From: the human T2T-CHM13v2.0 reference genome, Homo sapiens
Length of the DNA stretch: 64,000 bases
Assembly (NCBI RefSeq): GCF_009914755.1
Contig: NC_060933.1
Reading direction: 5' to 3' (one strand)
Shown here: positions 19,340-29,373 of the stretch, piece after piece
Layout of the letters: each line of letters opens with the position of its first letter
Position numbering within the stretch: position 1 is the first letter of the stretch
Made by a program: the position numbers and the translations under genes
Notes under the pieces: generated by a model
Told to the model about the DNA's origin: nothing
Databases searched by the model: none
What the model saw: only the letters and a program-made list of their open reading frames with translations

Positions 19340-19640
19340 CCTTCATTTATTTATTCATTCAAAATGTTAATTGCATGCTTATTGTGTGTTTAGCATTCTG
19401 TTGTCCTTTAGGCAAATAGAGATAAGTAAGCTAGTTTAATTGAGGGACAAATCAATAGGTTATAACACAGTGTGATAAACAGTGCAATTGAAACAGAAAC
19501 AAAATACTTTATGGTCACTGAAAATAAAGCTGCTAACTCAGTTTTAGTCAGTTAGTTGGAGAAGAAATTAGGCATTGAAGTATGACTATGAGTTTTCCGA
19601 TTAAAGTCTTTCAGGCAAAGCCAATAGGGGCATATGAAGA
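19340..19640 (-). mobile_element. L2 3' end
   Basis: (TTCA/TTTA)-type tail followed by L2-like sequence. Confidence 0.55.
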
Positions 19641-20929
19641 ACTAGGGCAACCATGAAATATGATTGATCATCTCTCCTTAATGTCATTCACTGGACCACT
19701 ATCATCATTCTAATTATGGTGTTATAAGGTTATTTTTTTGATGATGAGGCTCTATATATGTAGTTTGAAAATGATACTAATGATTATATTAACAAAAATT
19801 ACCGTTATCTAGCTCAGAGAAAGAGTTTATATTAAGAAGTCTATTAACATATTGTCAATTTTTCTCTTAACAAATCTGAAATAAGTGTTTTTATAGTTAT
19901 TCTAATTAGTTTACATAATTTAGATTTAATTAGGCTAGCATAGATTATAATAGGACCTATGCATTTGTTTAATAAATTAACATTTTAGTCAATAAATTGA
20001 TTTTTTTAACAGGGTGTTTGCTTATATGAGGGTCTCTTTATATCAGTGATTAGACCAATCTAACATTCTAATGGAGATGTCTGTTTGCTTTCCAGCTAAT
20101 GTGATAAACACCAACAGTTCAGCATCAACACCTTAATTACATACACTGAAGGCTAATGTTAGACAAATTGTATTCTGTTGACTACTTTCGGTTCAGTGGA
20201 CTTCAGCAATTGAAATAAGCTCTTTAAAGACAAGTAAATGGTGCACCTGCAAAGTACATGAACACTATTATTGCCATAGAATTTGATAGAGGCTTTTCAA
20301 AAAATCATTCGGTGTGGCAGGGGCTCTAGATTTGAGTACCATTAACATTTACTGCGGTATGCTTGGCTGTGTGTTAGGTACTTGCTATAATTTTTATTCT
20401 TTTTTTACTATGTATTATCAATAGGAATCTGGTATTTTTATATTATGCCATTTTATCCTGTGGTTTGGGAAGTTGAGCATGTATGAGTTCATCATCTTCA
20501 AATTCTACTCTTCCTACATCTTCCTAGGCAATAGCTAATCTATGTAATATCATAAAAGCTATTGACCAGTGGGAAGACTATTTTCCATAATGAAATATTT
20601 AGTACACAGTACATATATGTTTTAAAATAAATTATAAACTAAATGATGAAACAAGATATAATATATAAAATCTAAGAATTTAGAATAAGCTTCCAGGTAA
20701 TAACAGAGAAAAAATAACTAATGAGGGCTCAAGAGATATCTAATTTTTTTTCAATCCAATTTTAAAGAGAGAGCATCTTTTTGTTTGCAACATTATAAAG
20801 CATCTTAGGCTTTTTTAAGATCCACTATCAAAACAGTAGTAAACTGAAAAAGCTGACCATCTTTCTTTCAAAGAAGCTTGAATGTAATTGACGAATATCA
20901 CCAAACATTGTCAAAGAAATATGTTAACC

Positions 20930-21040
20930 CATTCATAAAAGCATATATTGAGTACTCACTATGTACCTGGCACTGTTGTATGGAGGTAAAGGTCATGCAC
21001 CCCAGCTTCAAGGACCTCACAAAAATGTAAGCCAATCATG
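20930..21040 (-). mobile_element. L2 3' end fragment
   Basis: ATATTGAGTACTCACTATGTACCTGGCACTGT. Confidence 0.65.
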
Positions 21041-21049
21041 ACAATAGTA

Positions 21050-21290
21050 GCAACAATGGCTCACTGTACACTTTGAATATGCCAGGCTTCCTTATAAACA
21101 TTTTGCATGTGTTGTCATTTCAGCCTCACAATAATCTGAATCTATATAAACTATTATTAATTTCACTTTGTGGATGAGAAACACAAGACAGAGAGAGAAT
21201 GAGAACACTTGCCCAAGATTACACAACTAGTATGAGGCATCATTGAGAACTAGACTATGATCTGTGCCCCCTACAACCCATGTGGTTTAC
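21050..21290 (-). mobile_element. MIR
   Basis: TTTGTGGATGAGAAACAC...CACTTGCCCAAGATTACACAACTAGT. Confidence 0.75.
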
Positions 21291-21387
21291 TAGCCTTCTA
21301 TTCATACTTCTCCCAGTTTTTTGGGTTATTGGCTTTGATGGAGAAGCTCCCAAAGTAATGAAGCTATCCAGAAGAAAGATAACTATC

Positions 21388-21694
21388 TTTTGGGGGGGCT
21401 GTGGGGAAGACAGAGTCTCACTCTGTTGCCCAGACTGGAACTCAGTGGCAATCATAGCTCACTGCAGCCTTGAACTCCTGGGCTCAAGTGATTATCCTGC
21501 CTCAGCCAGCCTAGCACATGGGACTAAATGACTACAGGTGCATACCACCACACCTGGCTAATTTTAAATATTTTTTGTAGAGACAGGGTCTTACTTTGTT
21601 ACTCAGGCTGGTCTCAAACTACTAGCCTGAAGCAAACATCATATGTTGTCCTTCCAATATCTGGGATTATAGGCATGAGCCACTGTGTCTTGCC
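21388..21694 (-). mobile_element. AluJ (old, diverged)
   Basis: ATCATAGCTCACTGCAGCCTTGAACTCCTGGGCTCAAG J-type diagnostic; tail decayed. Confidence 0.9.
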
Positions 21695-21719
21695 AGAAGA
21701 CATCTAATTTGAGTCAGAA

Positions 21720-22432
21720 GAAATAGCGTGGAAAGATAAAATAAATTAGAACATAAAAGAAACTAAGTAGTTCAGTATGGCTTAGGTAGAGTTCATGAGT
21801 GTTGGGAAAAGTAGAGAAGTTGGGGCTCTATTATAATGACTATGGAAAAGTGTGAAAGAAAAGTATGAAAGTAACATGGTTGGATTACCTTTTAGATAAA
21901 ATAGAAAGGGAATAAACTGTGAACAGGTGAGACAAGTGGCACAATCCAAGCAAGAAGAGCAGAGGGCCTGAGCAATGACTGTACAAATTAAAAAAAAAAT
22001 TCAGATGTATTTCAGTGGTAAACCTGACAAACTTTGATGACATATTTAGTTTGGGGTGAAGGGAGAGAGAAGTGTAGTCTAACTTCCAGGTTTCTGGCTT
22101 GGAATACTGAGTGGAATGTGATTAGTAAACTTGGAAACAAGGTTAGATTTGGTCTGGGGAGAGGGAACAGAAGGAGTTTAAAGTTGAGATCCATTGCTTT
22201 GAGTTGGCTAGTTACGTGGATCCAGAACAAAAGACTATCCTGGCCATCATTAGCATATTAGTTTAAGCCAGAGATCCATATGACATTAACAGAGAAAATC
22301 ATAGTACACCAAACATTGGGACCCAAGAGTAGAACCCCACATAATATGAAAATTAATGAGGGACAGAAAAATGAGGACCACAGCGGGGAGTGGCCAGAAA
22401 AGGAGGAAAATCAGGAGAAAGGGGTATCAAAC
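21720..22432 (-). mobile_element. L2 internal fragment
   Basis: CCAGGTTTCTGGCTTGGAA...GAGGAAAATCAGGAGA, typical L2 minus-strand motifs. Confidence 0.7.
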
Positions 22433-23579
22433 AATTTCTCTTGTTTGAGCACAATGACACACAGAGAAGAGGCTGTAATTCAAGAGCCTTAAATACTAGT
22501 TTTTTAAATTTAATTCTATCTCTAATTTCTCTAAAACTACTTTCCCAAACTGTCTTGTACCTATTCATTAAAACACCTTTGGTCTCAAATTCTGTGAGAT
22601 TACTCCTAAGTCAAACTCTATATTATAGGAATGTGAACTTGTGCATTCACAGGAGGAAATACTATAAGCTCTTAAGTGGAAAATACGGTTACATACAGAA
22701 TTCTGTCAGCATTTTGCATAAGATACTCAGAAGTGTTCTTTAATGCTATGCAATCATATTTCTAACCTTTTCACCAGTTCATTGACATTTCTACCATCAT
22801 GTTAAGTGCAGACAGAAGCAAGAGATGGGTAGGAAATATCTCACACATCAAGGGAGAAGAAAACAATAAAAGGCAAAGTTGGGCATAATTTTCTTTTGGA
22901 ATCCACAACACCTGCTACATTTCCTGAAGCCTAAAACGGCCTCTGTTGCTTCGACTGCTGCTCAAACCATCTGCTGAGTATAAGGAGGTGGTCTGCAGCA
23001 GCTGAAAACCTTTACAAATGCTTCAAGTCAGGCTTGTTGGCACGGTAAGGAAGCTAGTGATGTACTGATGCCAAATTCTGTTCCTGTTTCTTTCCCTTTG
23101 CTGCCATGAAAAAAATTAACCAAGGCTTTAAGAGCTGCCATTGACATAAACATGATTTAATAGCTCTTTAGCATTTCCAGGACCACAGCATTAGCAAGAG
23201 CCTTGGAGATGTTTAAGAGTAGAATCTTGAAATTCGTTCTCTGGCAAGTTATTTTAAAACCAGATGTTGTAAGCGTACTTCAGTACAGCTGCCTATTAGG
23301 TGACAGTACTTCAAACACATAGAACGTGAGGGAAATGTACTTGCTGTTTTCTTTATAGGATGGCAACTGTCACCTGCCTCTCCTAAGTGTGTGAGTAGAT
23401 TTTCCTGGTTGATGCCTGCTCTTTCTTCTGTTTTCCATGCTTCTCTCAAGCGTGGTGATGAAAGACCTGTTTAAAGTAGGAGAGCTGTCAGTATGAATCG
23501 ATAATCTATGCAACTGATTATTTACATAATTATCTCTTTGATTAGAGAGGGAGCTTCTTACGAATTAGGACCAGGTCTT

Positions 23580-23762
23580 ATTTGGGTTTAAATTCTGATT
23601 GTACTTTTTACTAGTTTGTAAACTTGGATAAGAAACTTGGCTGCTCTGAGTTTTGGCTTCCTCATGTGTATCTCACTAGGTTGTGCCCTGCCTAATGAAG
23701 TTAGCTACCTTTTTCAAAGTTCCTAATTGGGTGCCTGGCACAAGTTCCAATAAATGTCTATC
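23580..23762 (+). mobile_element. MIR
   Basis: GGGTTTAAATTCTG...CTCTGAG...CTTCCTCATGTGTA...GTGCCTGGCACA...AATAAATGT. Confidence 0.65.
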
Positions 23763-24249
23763 AAATAAAATAGTTATGTAACTGTTATAAAGGATTATGT
23801 TTGAATTTCAAATGTACATAATTATTTCTCACTTTATCTTCCACTTTACGTTACAGGCAAACAATTCCAATTCATTTATAGTTATTGTAGAAGTGTTTGT
23901 TCTAGTGTTCATGTGAAAATTTGCATTACACATTTGCCTTGTAATTGTATAAAGCCTCTTCCTATCATGTATGAAGCAAGTCCGTGGTTAAAATCTGAAG
24001 GGATATGTTGGCTTGCTGGTCATTTTTGTCAGTCAGTCAGAAAATTCAGAGGAGTTTTACCTTGCCATTCCCTTGAAGAACTGGAGAGGTTGGCCATAAT
24101 CTTTGTTTTCATTTTCTGCCTATATCCCCTTTCCTCTGTCTTATCAAAATGTACTTTTTAAAAGGCACTGCTCACATCTAGCTCTTTCTTAGATAATTGA
24201 CTTACAAACTAATTCACATGTTGGTAAAATGGCTAAAAATGGCTTAAAG

Positions 24250-24512
24250 CAGTGCTTTTTAAACTTTTTTTGAGACTTGTGAGGGATTCTATGGGGAAGC
24301 CTGATGGACAGATGCAGGGATCTGGAGCTTCAAACCAGTGAGACTCTGGTACTGCACCCCTAACTCTAATTTCAATCGAAAAATTCTACTTTAAAAAAGT
24401 TTTTATGTATATATACATATATATCTACACATATATTTTATTCATATATTACATATATTTTTAAGCTTAATTAAAGAATAGATTTTACTGTTTTAAAAAG
24501 GTGAAGATTATT
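24250..24512. mobile_element. hAT-Charlie MITE (MER103-like)
   Basis: CAGTGCTTTTTAAACTTTT terminus and degenerate opposite terminus. Confidence 0.45.
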
Positions 24513-24548
24513 TACTGGCATATCATCTTTTAGTGTCATTACAATTTC

Positions 24549-24867
24549 TTTTTTTTTTTCTTTTTTTTTTTTTTATTGTGAGACAGAGTCTCACTCTGTC
24601 ACCGAGGCTGGAGTGCAGTGGCGTGATCTTGGCTGACTGCAACCTCTGCCTCTTGATTTGAAGCGATTTTTGTGCCTCAGCCTCCCAAGTAGCTGGGGTT
24701 ACAGGCGTGGGCCACCACACCCTGCTAATTTTTGTAGTTTTAGTAAATTCAGGGCTTGGGTTTCACCATGTTGGCCAGGGTGGTCTCGAACTCCTGGCCT
24801 CACATGATTTGCCCGCCTTGGCCTCCCAAAGTGCTGGGACTACGGACCTGAGCTACCATGCCCAGCC
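24549..24867 (-). mobile_element. Alu (AluJb/Sz-like)
   Basis: Full dimer; 17-bp TSD AGTG(T/C)CATTACA(A/G)TTTC at 24532-24548 and 24869-24885. Confidence 0.95.
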
Positions 24868-24949
24868 CAGTGCCATTACAGTTTCATCACAAGACTAAAT
24901 AATATAACTGAAAAGATTTCTCTAATCTTAGAATCCTGGCTAGTGATAG

Positions 24950-26156
24950 GAAGTGATAGTCACTAGGGATCACTGCATGGTCACTAAGCAAATGAAGCAG
25001 AGTTACCCCAAATCTTTCTTTGATAGAGTTATTATATTGGAGATAAATCATTTGACATGGACTATTTATACTTCTATAATTCATTTAGCGAAGTGTATCA
25101 TACATTTTCATGGATAAAAAGAATAAGTATAAATTTAGAGTCCTTACAGTTAAGTGAACTAGACATGACAGAACATTAACTAAAGGACCTGATTTATAGA
25201 TATGCATTCATCTGGGGAGAAATTTCTATTGACAACCTCAGGGCTATGCCCCTAGTCTCATCCTATTCACTCATTTTAGAATTAGTGGCTTGAATAAAAC
25301 TGTAACGACTGAAATCTCGTCAGATTTGCAGATGGCGAAGCTGAGAGGGACACAGAATGTGTTGGATGAAAGAATTAAGATTCCAAAAGATCTTGACAGG
25401 CTGGAACATTTTAAGCTGATATAACATAATGAAATTTAACAGGGACAAATGTGAGGTCCTCTACTTGGGTCAAAAAACAGAAACACAACTGCAGAGGATG
25501 AAGAAATTATAGCTTCTGGGAAGAATGCGTGAAAATGCTTAGAGGTATTAGATGACAGTCATATTTTTAGAAATCAACAACATGATGTGAATGTGCCCAA
25601 AGCTGATGTGGGTTGTGGGGATTAGTCAATTAAATAAATAGAATCTAGAATGAAGATGGACACAGGCTCACCTTTTTAAAGACTGCTTAGATTTAACAGT
25701 GAGAATGTACTGATAGGTAACTAGACAAATTAAAACACATCCAGAAAAGCCTGGATGTAAAGAGACTTCAAAGTCTTTTGTGTGAAGAGAGTTCAGACCT
25801 TGAACTTTAGGGAATAAGTTCTGTATGACCTACAGACAAGAATAGGGTATACCAAGGGCATCATATACAAGTATTTAAATTGTTGACATTTGAAAATTTC
25901 TGGTGTAATTTTGGAAGACGTAAGATTAATTGGTCTAAGTTAAAGATAGAAAGATGGCATCTCAATATAAGAAATAACTTTTTAAAATCAGAACTGTCCA
26001 AAGAGGGTACCGTCTCCAAAATGTAGTTTGTTTTTCTTAGTGAGGATGTGAGATTAGACTGAGCTACTATTGATAGAGATGTTGTAAATACAACATTTTA
26101 AAAGATAGCTTAATGGGATAACTTGTGATATCTCTTATAGCCTGAGATTTTATGAT
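24950..26156 (+). mobile_element. L3/CR1 LINE, RT region to 3' end
   Basis: Translates to RFADG, LDERIKIPKDLDRLEH (25362) and MKFNRDKCEVLYLGQK (25429), matching CR1 RT motifs FADDTKL...QxDLDRL...MKFNxxKC. Confidence 0.85.
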
Positions 26157-26744
26157 CATTAATAAGGAAATTAAAGACAAATGACAAGCGTGTAGGATGT
26201 TTCAAGGCAGACGGGTTCTCCATTTACCTTTCAACTTGGAAGTAAATTTATAATCATCTCTTTCAAATATTAGTTAACAACACACTCAGATAGTTAAAGT
26301 TAAAATATCAAAATTACCTTCCCTTTTTACTTTTCACATTCTAATTTTTGATTCTACAATAGAAAAATGTGACTGAATTAAATAATTTTCTCAGACTCTA
26401 GACAAAGCCAAGTGCTTTAGAAGGCACATAATAATAAAATTTCAACAAATTCTTTCATTTACAAGTGTAAGCAATTAAGTCAAATAAATAAAAACAAACC
26501 ACAATAACACAGCCTTCTATAAAAGTTTCACTTTATGAACTCAGAATAAAAGGTATTGAAATGCATTTTAGTTTGTTTTCATTTATTTCCAAATAAAATA
26601 TATTCTGATCTCTTTCTAGTTTTTCTTTGAATCTGCCAACTACCAAGGTTTCTATGAGCCTTAGTAGTTGTATTGGCCTTTAATTAGGTTGCCCAGCGAA
26701 ATGCATCCTCCTAACAAATGAAGGCAGTGATTGGTTGATAAGCC

Positions 26745-27290
26745 AATCAGGGGTCTTAGTTGCAAACGGATGAAAAAGAATTCTCAAACTTGAGCATGCG
26801 TCATAATCACTTGGAAAACTTATTTAAACACAGATTCAGTAGGTCTAGAATGGAACCCTATGGTTTAAATTCCTTACAAGTTTCCAGGCGATGCTGATGC
26901 TGTTGGTTCTGGACCACACTTTGAGGATCATTTATTACAATATATCAGAGAGCTCTCAGATTTTCTGGGAGTTCTGGTGGAACAGATTTGAGGCCAATAC
27001 TATACTAAGCTTGAACCATTGTCTGTTCTGTTGAAACCATCAAGCAGAATATTTCGGGAACTATATTTTTCTGCCACTACTAATGATACCAGCGACAATG
27101 TCAACTCTGCATTAGGAATTCAACTTGTATCCAGTGATGCCTCCAAAATCCAGGTGCCTCCAATGCTGCCCTCATCATGCTCAGGTGTGAACGAAACGTC
27201 TTCCATGGAAGACCTAATTGGTAGCGCCTAGATCATGTGATTATGTGGCTGTGAGGCAGGCTGAGCATTTTAGTTCTTTCTCCTACTTTG
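26745..27290 (-). mobile_element. MLT1K/L-like MaLR LTR interrupted by MER5A
   Basis: TCAGGGGTCTTAGTTGCAAAC terminus; resumes at TTTATT...AGCTCTCAGA after the MER5A. Confidence 0.55.
26778..26932 (-). mobile_element. MER5A (hAT-Charlie) with small internal deletion
   Basis: TTCTCAAACTTGAGCATGC...CCAGGCGATGCTGATGCTG...GGACCACACTTTGAG; ~29 bp lost between two GATT copies at ~26833. Confidence 0.85.
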
Positions 27291-27398
27291 AGAAAACAGG
27301 ACTTGTATTTGCAGAAACATATGCATTAATATTAGAAAATTCCACTACCTAACCTCATTAGTACATTTGACAGCTTGGTTTAATTTATTGATTCTCAG

Positions 27399-27494
27399 AT
27401 TTTTACTTTTATGAGACAGCTAAACTCAGGGAGAACAAATATTTTCTGAAAACTGCCATTGGTGATGCTGTGAGAAGAAAGACGGTGAAACTAC
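27399..27494 (+). other. Candidate internal exon, 96 nt, open frame xFYFYETAKLRENKYFLKTAIGDAVRRKTVKL
   Basis: Acceptor GATTCTCAG (AG 27397-8), donor TAC|GTAAGT (27495-27500); phase 1-1, no stop in that frame; no protein recognised. Confidence 0.3.
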
Positions 27495-27776
27495 GTAAGT
27501 TCTTCTGATGTGACCCGGGTGAGATTCCATGAAAGCATTTCTAAGCAGTTCGAAACACTTTTGCATACCAGGCATTGTATTGGGTGCAGAAATAGAAGGA
27601 AGAATAAGTCATGGATCTTGAGTTAAGGAAACTAAGGATCTTGAGTTAAGACATGGATCTTGCAGTTTCATAAAGGAAAGAGTCAAACAAATAGAATGTT
27701 TGAGTATAAATACTTATTTTTACTTACAAAAAATAGATTCTAAGGAATATATTATTTACATAAGTTCATTTGTTCA

Positions 27777-27848
27777 AAATGACTTGTATATACATATCTA
27801 CATTTACATTTGCTCTAAATGACTTGTATATACATATATACATTTACC
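27777..27848. repeat. 40-bp tandem duplication
   Basis: AAATGACTTGTATATACATAT(C/A)TACATTTAC at 27777 and 27817. Confidence 0.9.
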
Positions 27849-28189
27849 TATATATTTACATTTTATCTCTCAATTGTGGACATTGTGTTAATTAGATTAA
27901 ACTTAACTCCTCTTTTCCATCTTCTTGGAAACTGTAAATATGGATGTTTCTATTTCAAATTTTATTTTTTATTACAGGTAAATGTATAAAAAAACAGTGC
28001 TTCAAATACAATGGATATATAACAAGCCATCAACTTACTTATTCAAAGGCAATATCTAAACTAAGAGCACTATTAATCATGCCTTAGAGATGATGGTTCA
28101 ACTTGACATTGTTTTCCTTTGTTATATCCCTTTTCTCACATTATTGAATCGTAACCTGAGCATTTGCTGAGTAGAGGAGCATCTTTATA

Positions 28190-28520
28190 ATATGAAAAAT
28201 GTAATGACAAGTATAAGACAGGTAGTAACGGAGCAGAGAGGAGGATGTTGTCATTTAGTATGGAGAGTGAGGAATGCTTTCTCGGAGCATGGTGCACATG
28301 AGCCCACTTTTCAATGACAACTCTTAATTAGCTACGAGAAATATGGGGACAGGAAATTCATGGGCAGAGACCTTAGAGGTATGGAATGGTGTGTTACATG
28401 TGGAGAAACTATTAGTTTGTAAGAAACTTGTGTTATGAGGGTCAGGAGAGGTGAGAAGGTGAAACCGAAGAAGTGAGTTGAGGCCACATCACAGAGGGCC
28501 TCTCTTGCCAGAGTAGAGTG
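28190..28520 (-). mobile_element. L2 fragment (probably continuous with the L2 tail at ~27525-27700)
   Basis: GGAATGCTTTCTCGGAG...GAGGCCACATCACAGAGGGCCT L2-like motifs. Confidence 0.6.
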
Positions 28521-28620
28521 TCAGCATGCACTCTCTGTGTCACTATGGGTGCAGCATATACAGCTAGTTGTTGTCCAGCATCCTACTCTTCTGCTGACAG
28601 AGGAGAGTAGTGACCCACCT

Positions 28621-28692
28621 TTCTTTCCTTCCTTCCTTCCTTCCTTCCTTCCTTCCTTCCTTCCTTCCTTCCTTCCTTCCTTCCTTCCTTCC
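28621..28692. repeat. (TTCC)n microsatellite
   Basis: About 17 perfect units. Confidence 0.99.
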
Positions 28693-29107
28693 TCAAGGAA
28701 TACCATTTACAAAGACAAAGTATACAGACAGAATGGCCATGCCGCTAACATTCTCCATTCTGATTAACGGGCTGTCTGAAGCTGCCTCTATATATTCACT
28801 AATCAAACTAATTTTTTGAGACTACAGCATGAATGTCTCCAAGGCAGTATGGTACTTCTCTACAACTTTTTAAAGTTATTTAGAATTTAAGGTTCTAAGA
28901 ATTAAACAAAGAATATAAATCCACTGTTTCTCATTGTATGCATTATCGATGCCCCTTTAAAGGACTGTTTTTCATGCTGAAGAATATGGGTTTCTGTAAG
29001 TTATGTAAGTAATGAGTTAGCCTTTCTATACATTAAAAGCTGATGCTTTTAAAATTCTGCCCCTTTAGCATTTTCTGAATATGTAGAAGCTTTTTGCAGT
29101 GGTTGGA

Positions 29108-29373
29108 TTTATTTAAACATATTATACACTTATTAATCATTTGTGTTGCTGGGTTTAATGTAGATTGTTTCTATTTTGGCTGTTCAATTTTAAAACACCT
29201 AGTTTATAAATGGAGAGACCAAGTGAGCTTGAAATGGCTTTGTTTCTTCATGCTGTGTAAGGAAGTTCTGTGATGCCGTGCTTTTGCCACAGAGGGGCAT
29301 TACTGGACTTCTCTTTTGTATCAACCTTCTGGACAGCAAGGAAACAAACCTTTAGAAATTCATTTTTCGTCAC
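29108..29373 (-). other. Candidate terminal exon of a minus-strand transcript
   Basis: Acceptor TTGTTTTTCCTTTTAAAG| at 29373; open phase-0 frame VTKNEFLKVCF...LPYTA to TGA at 29248; AATAAA on minus strand at 29108-29113. Confidence 0.3.

Noticed and set aside
27019-27231. 70-aa ORF
   Set aside because: Lies within an MLT1-like LTR; no domain similarity recognised.
28521-28819. ORFs with KEGR/PSFL repeats
   Set aside because: Translation of the (TTCC)n microsatellite.
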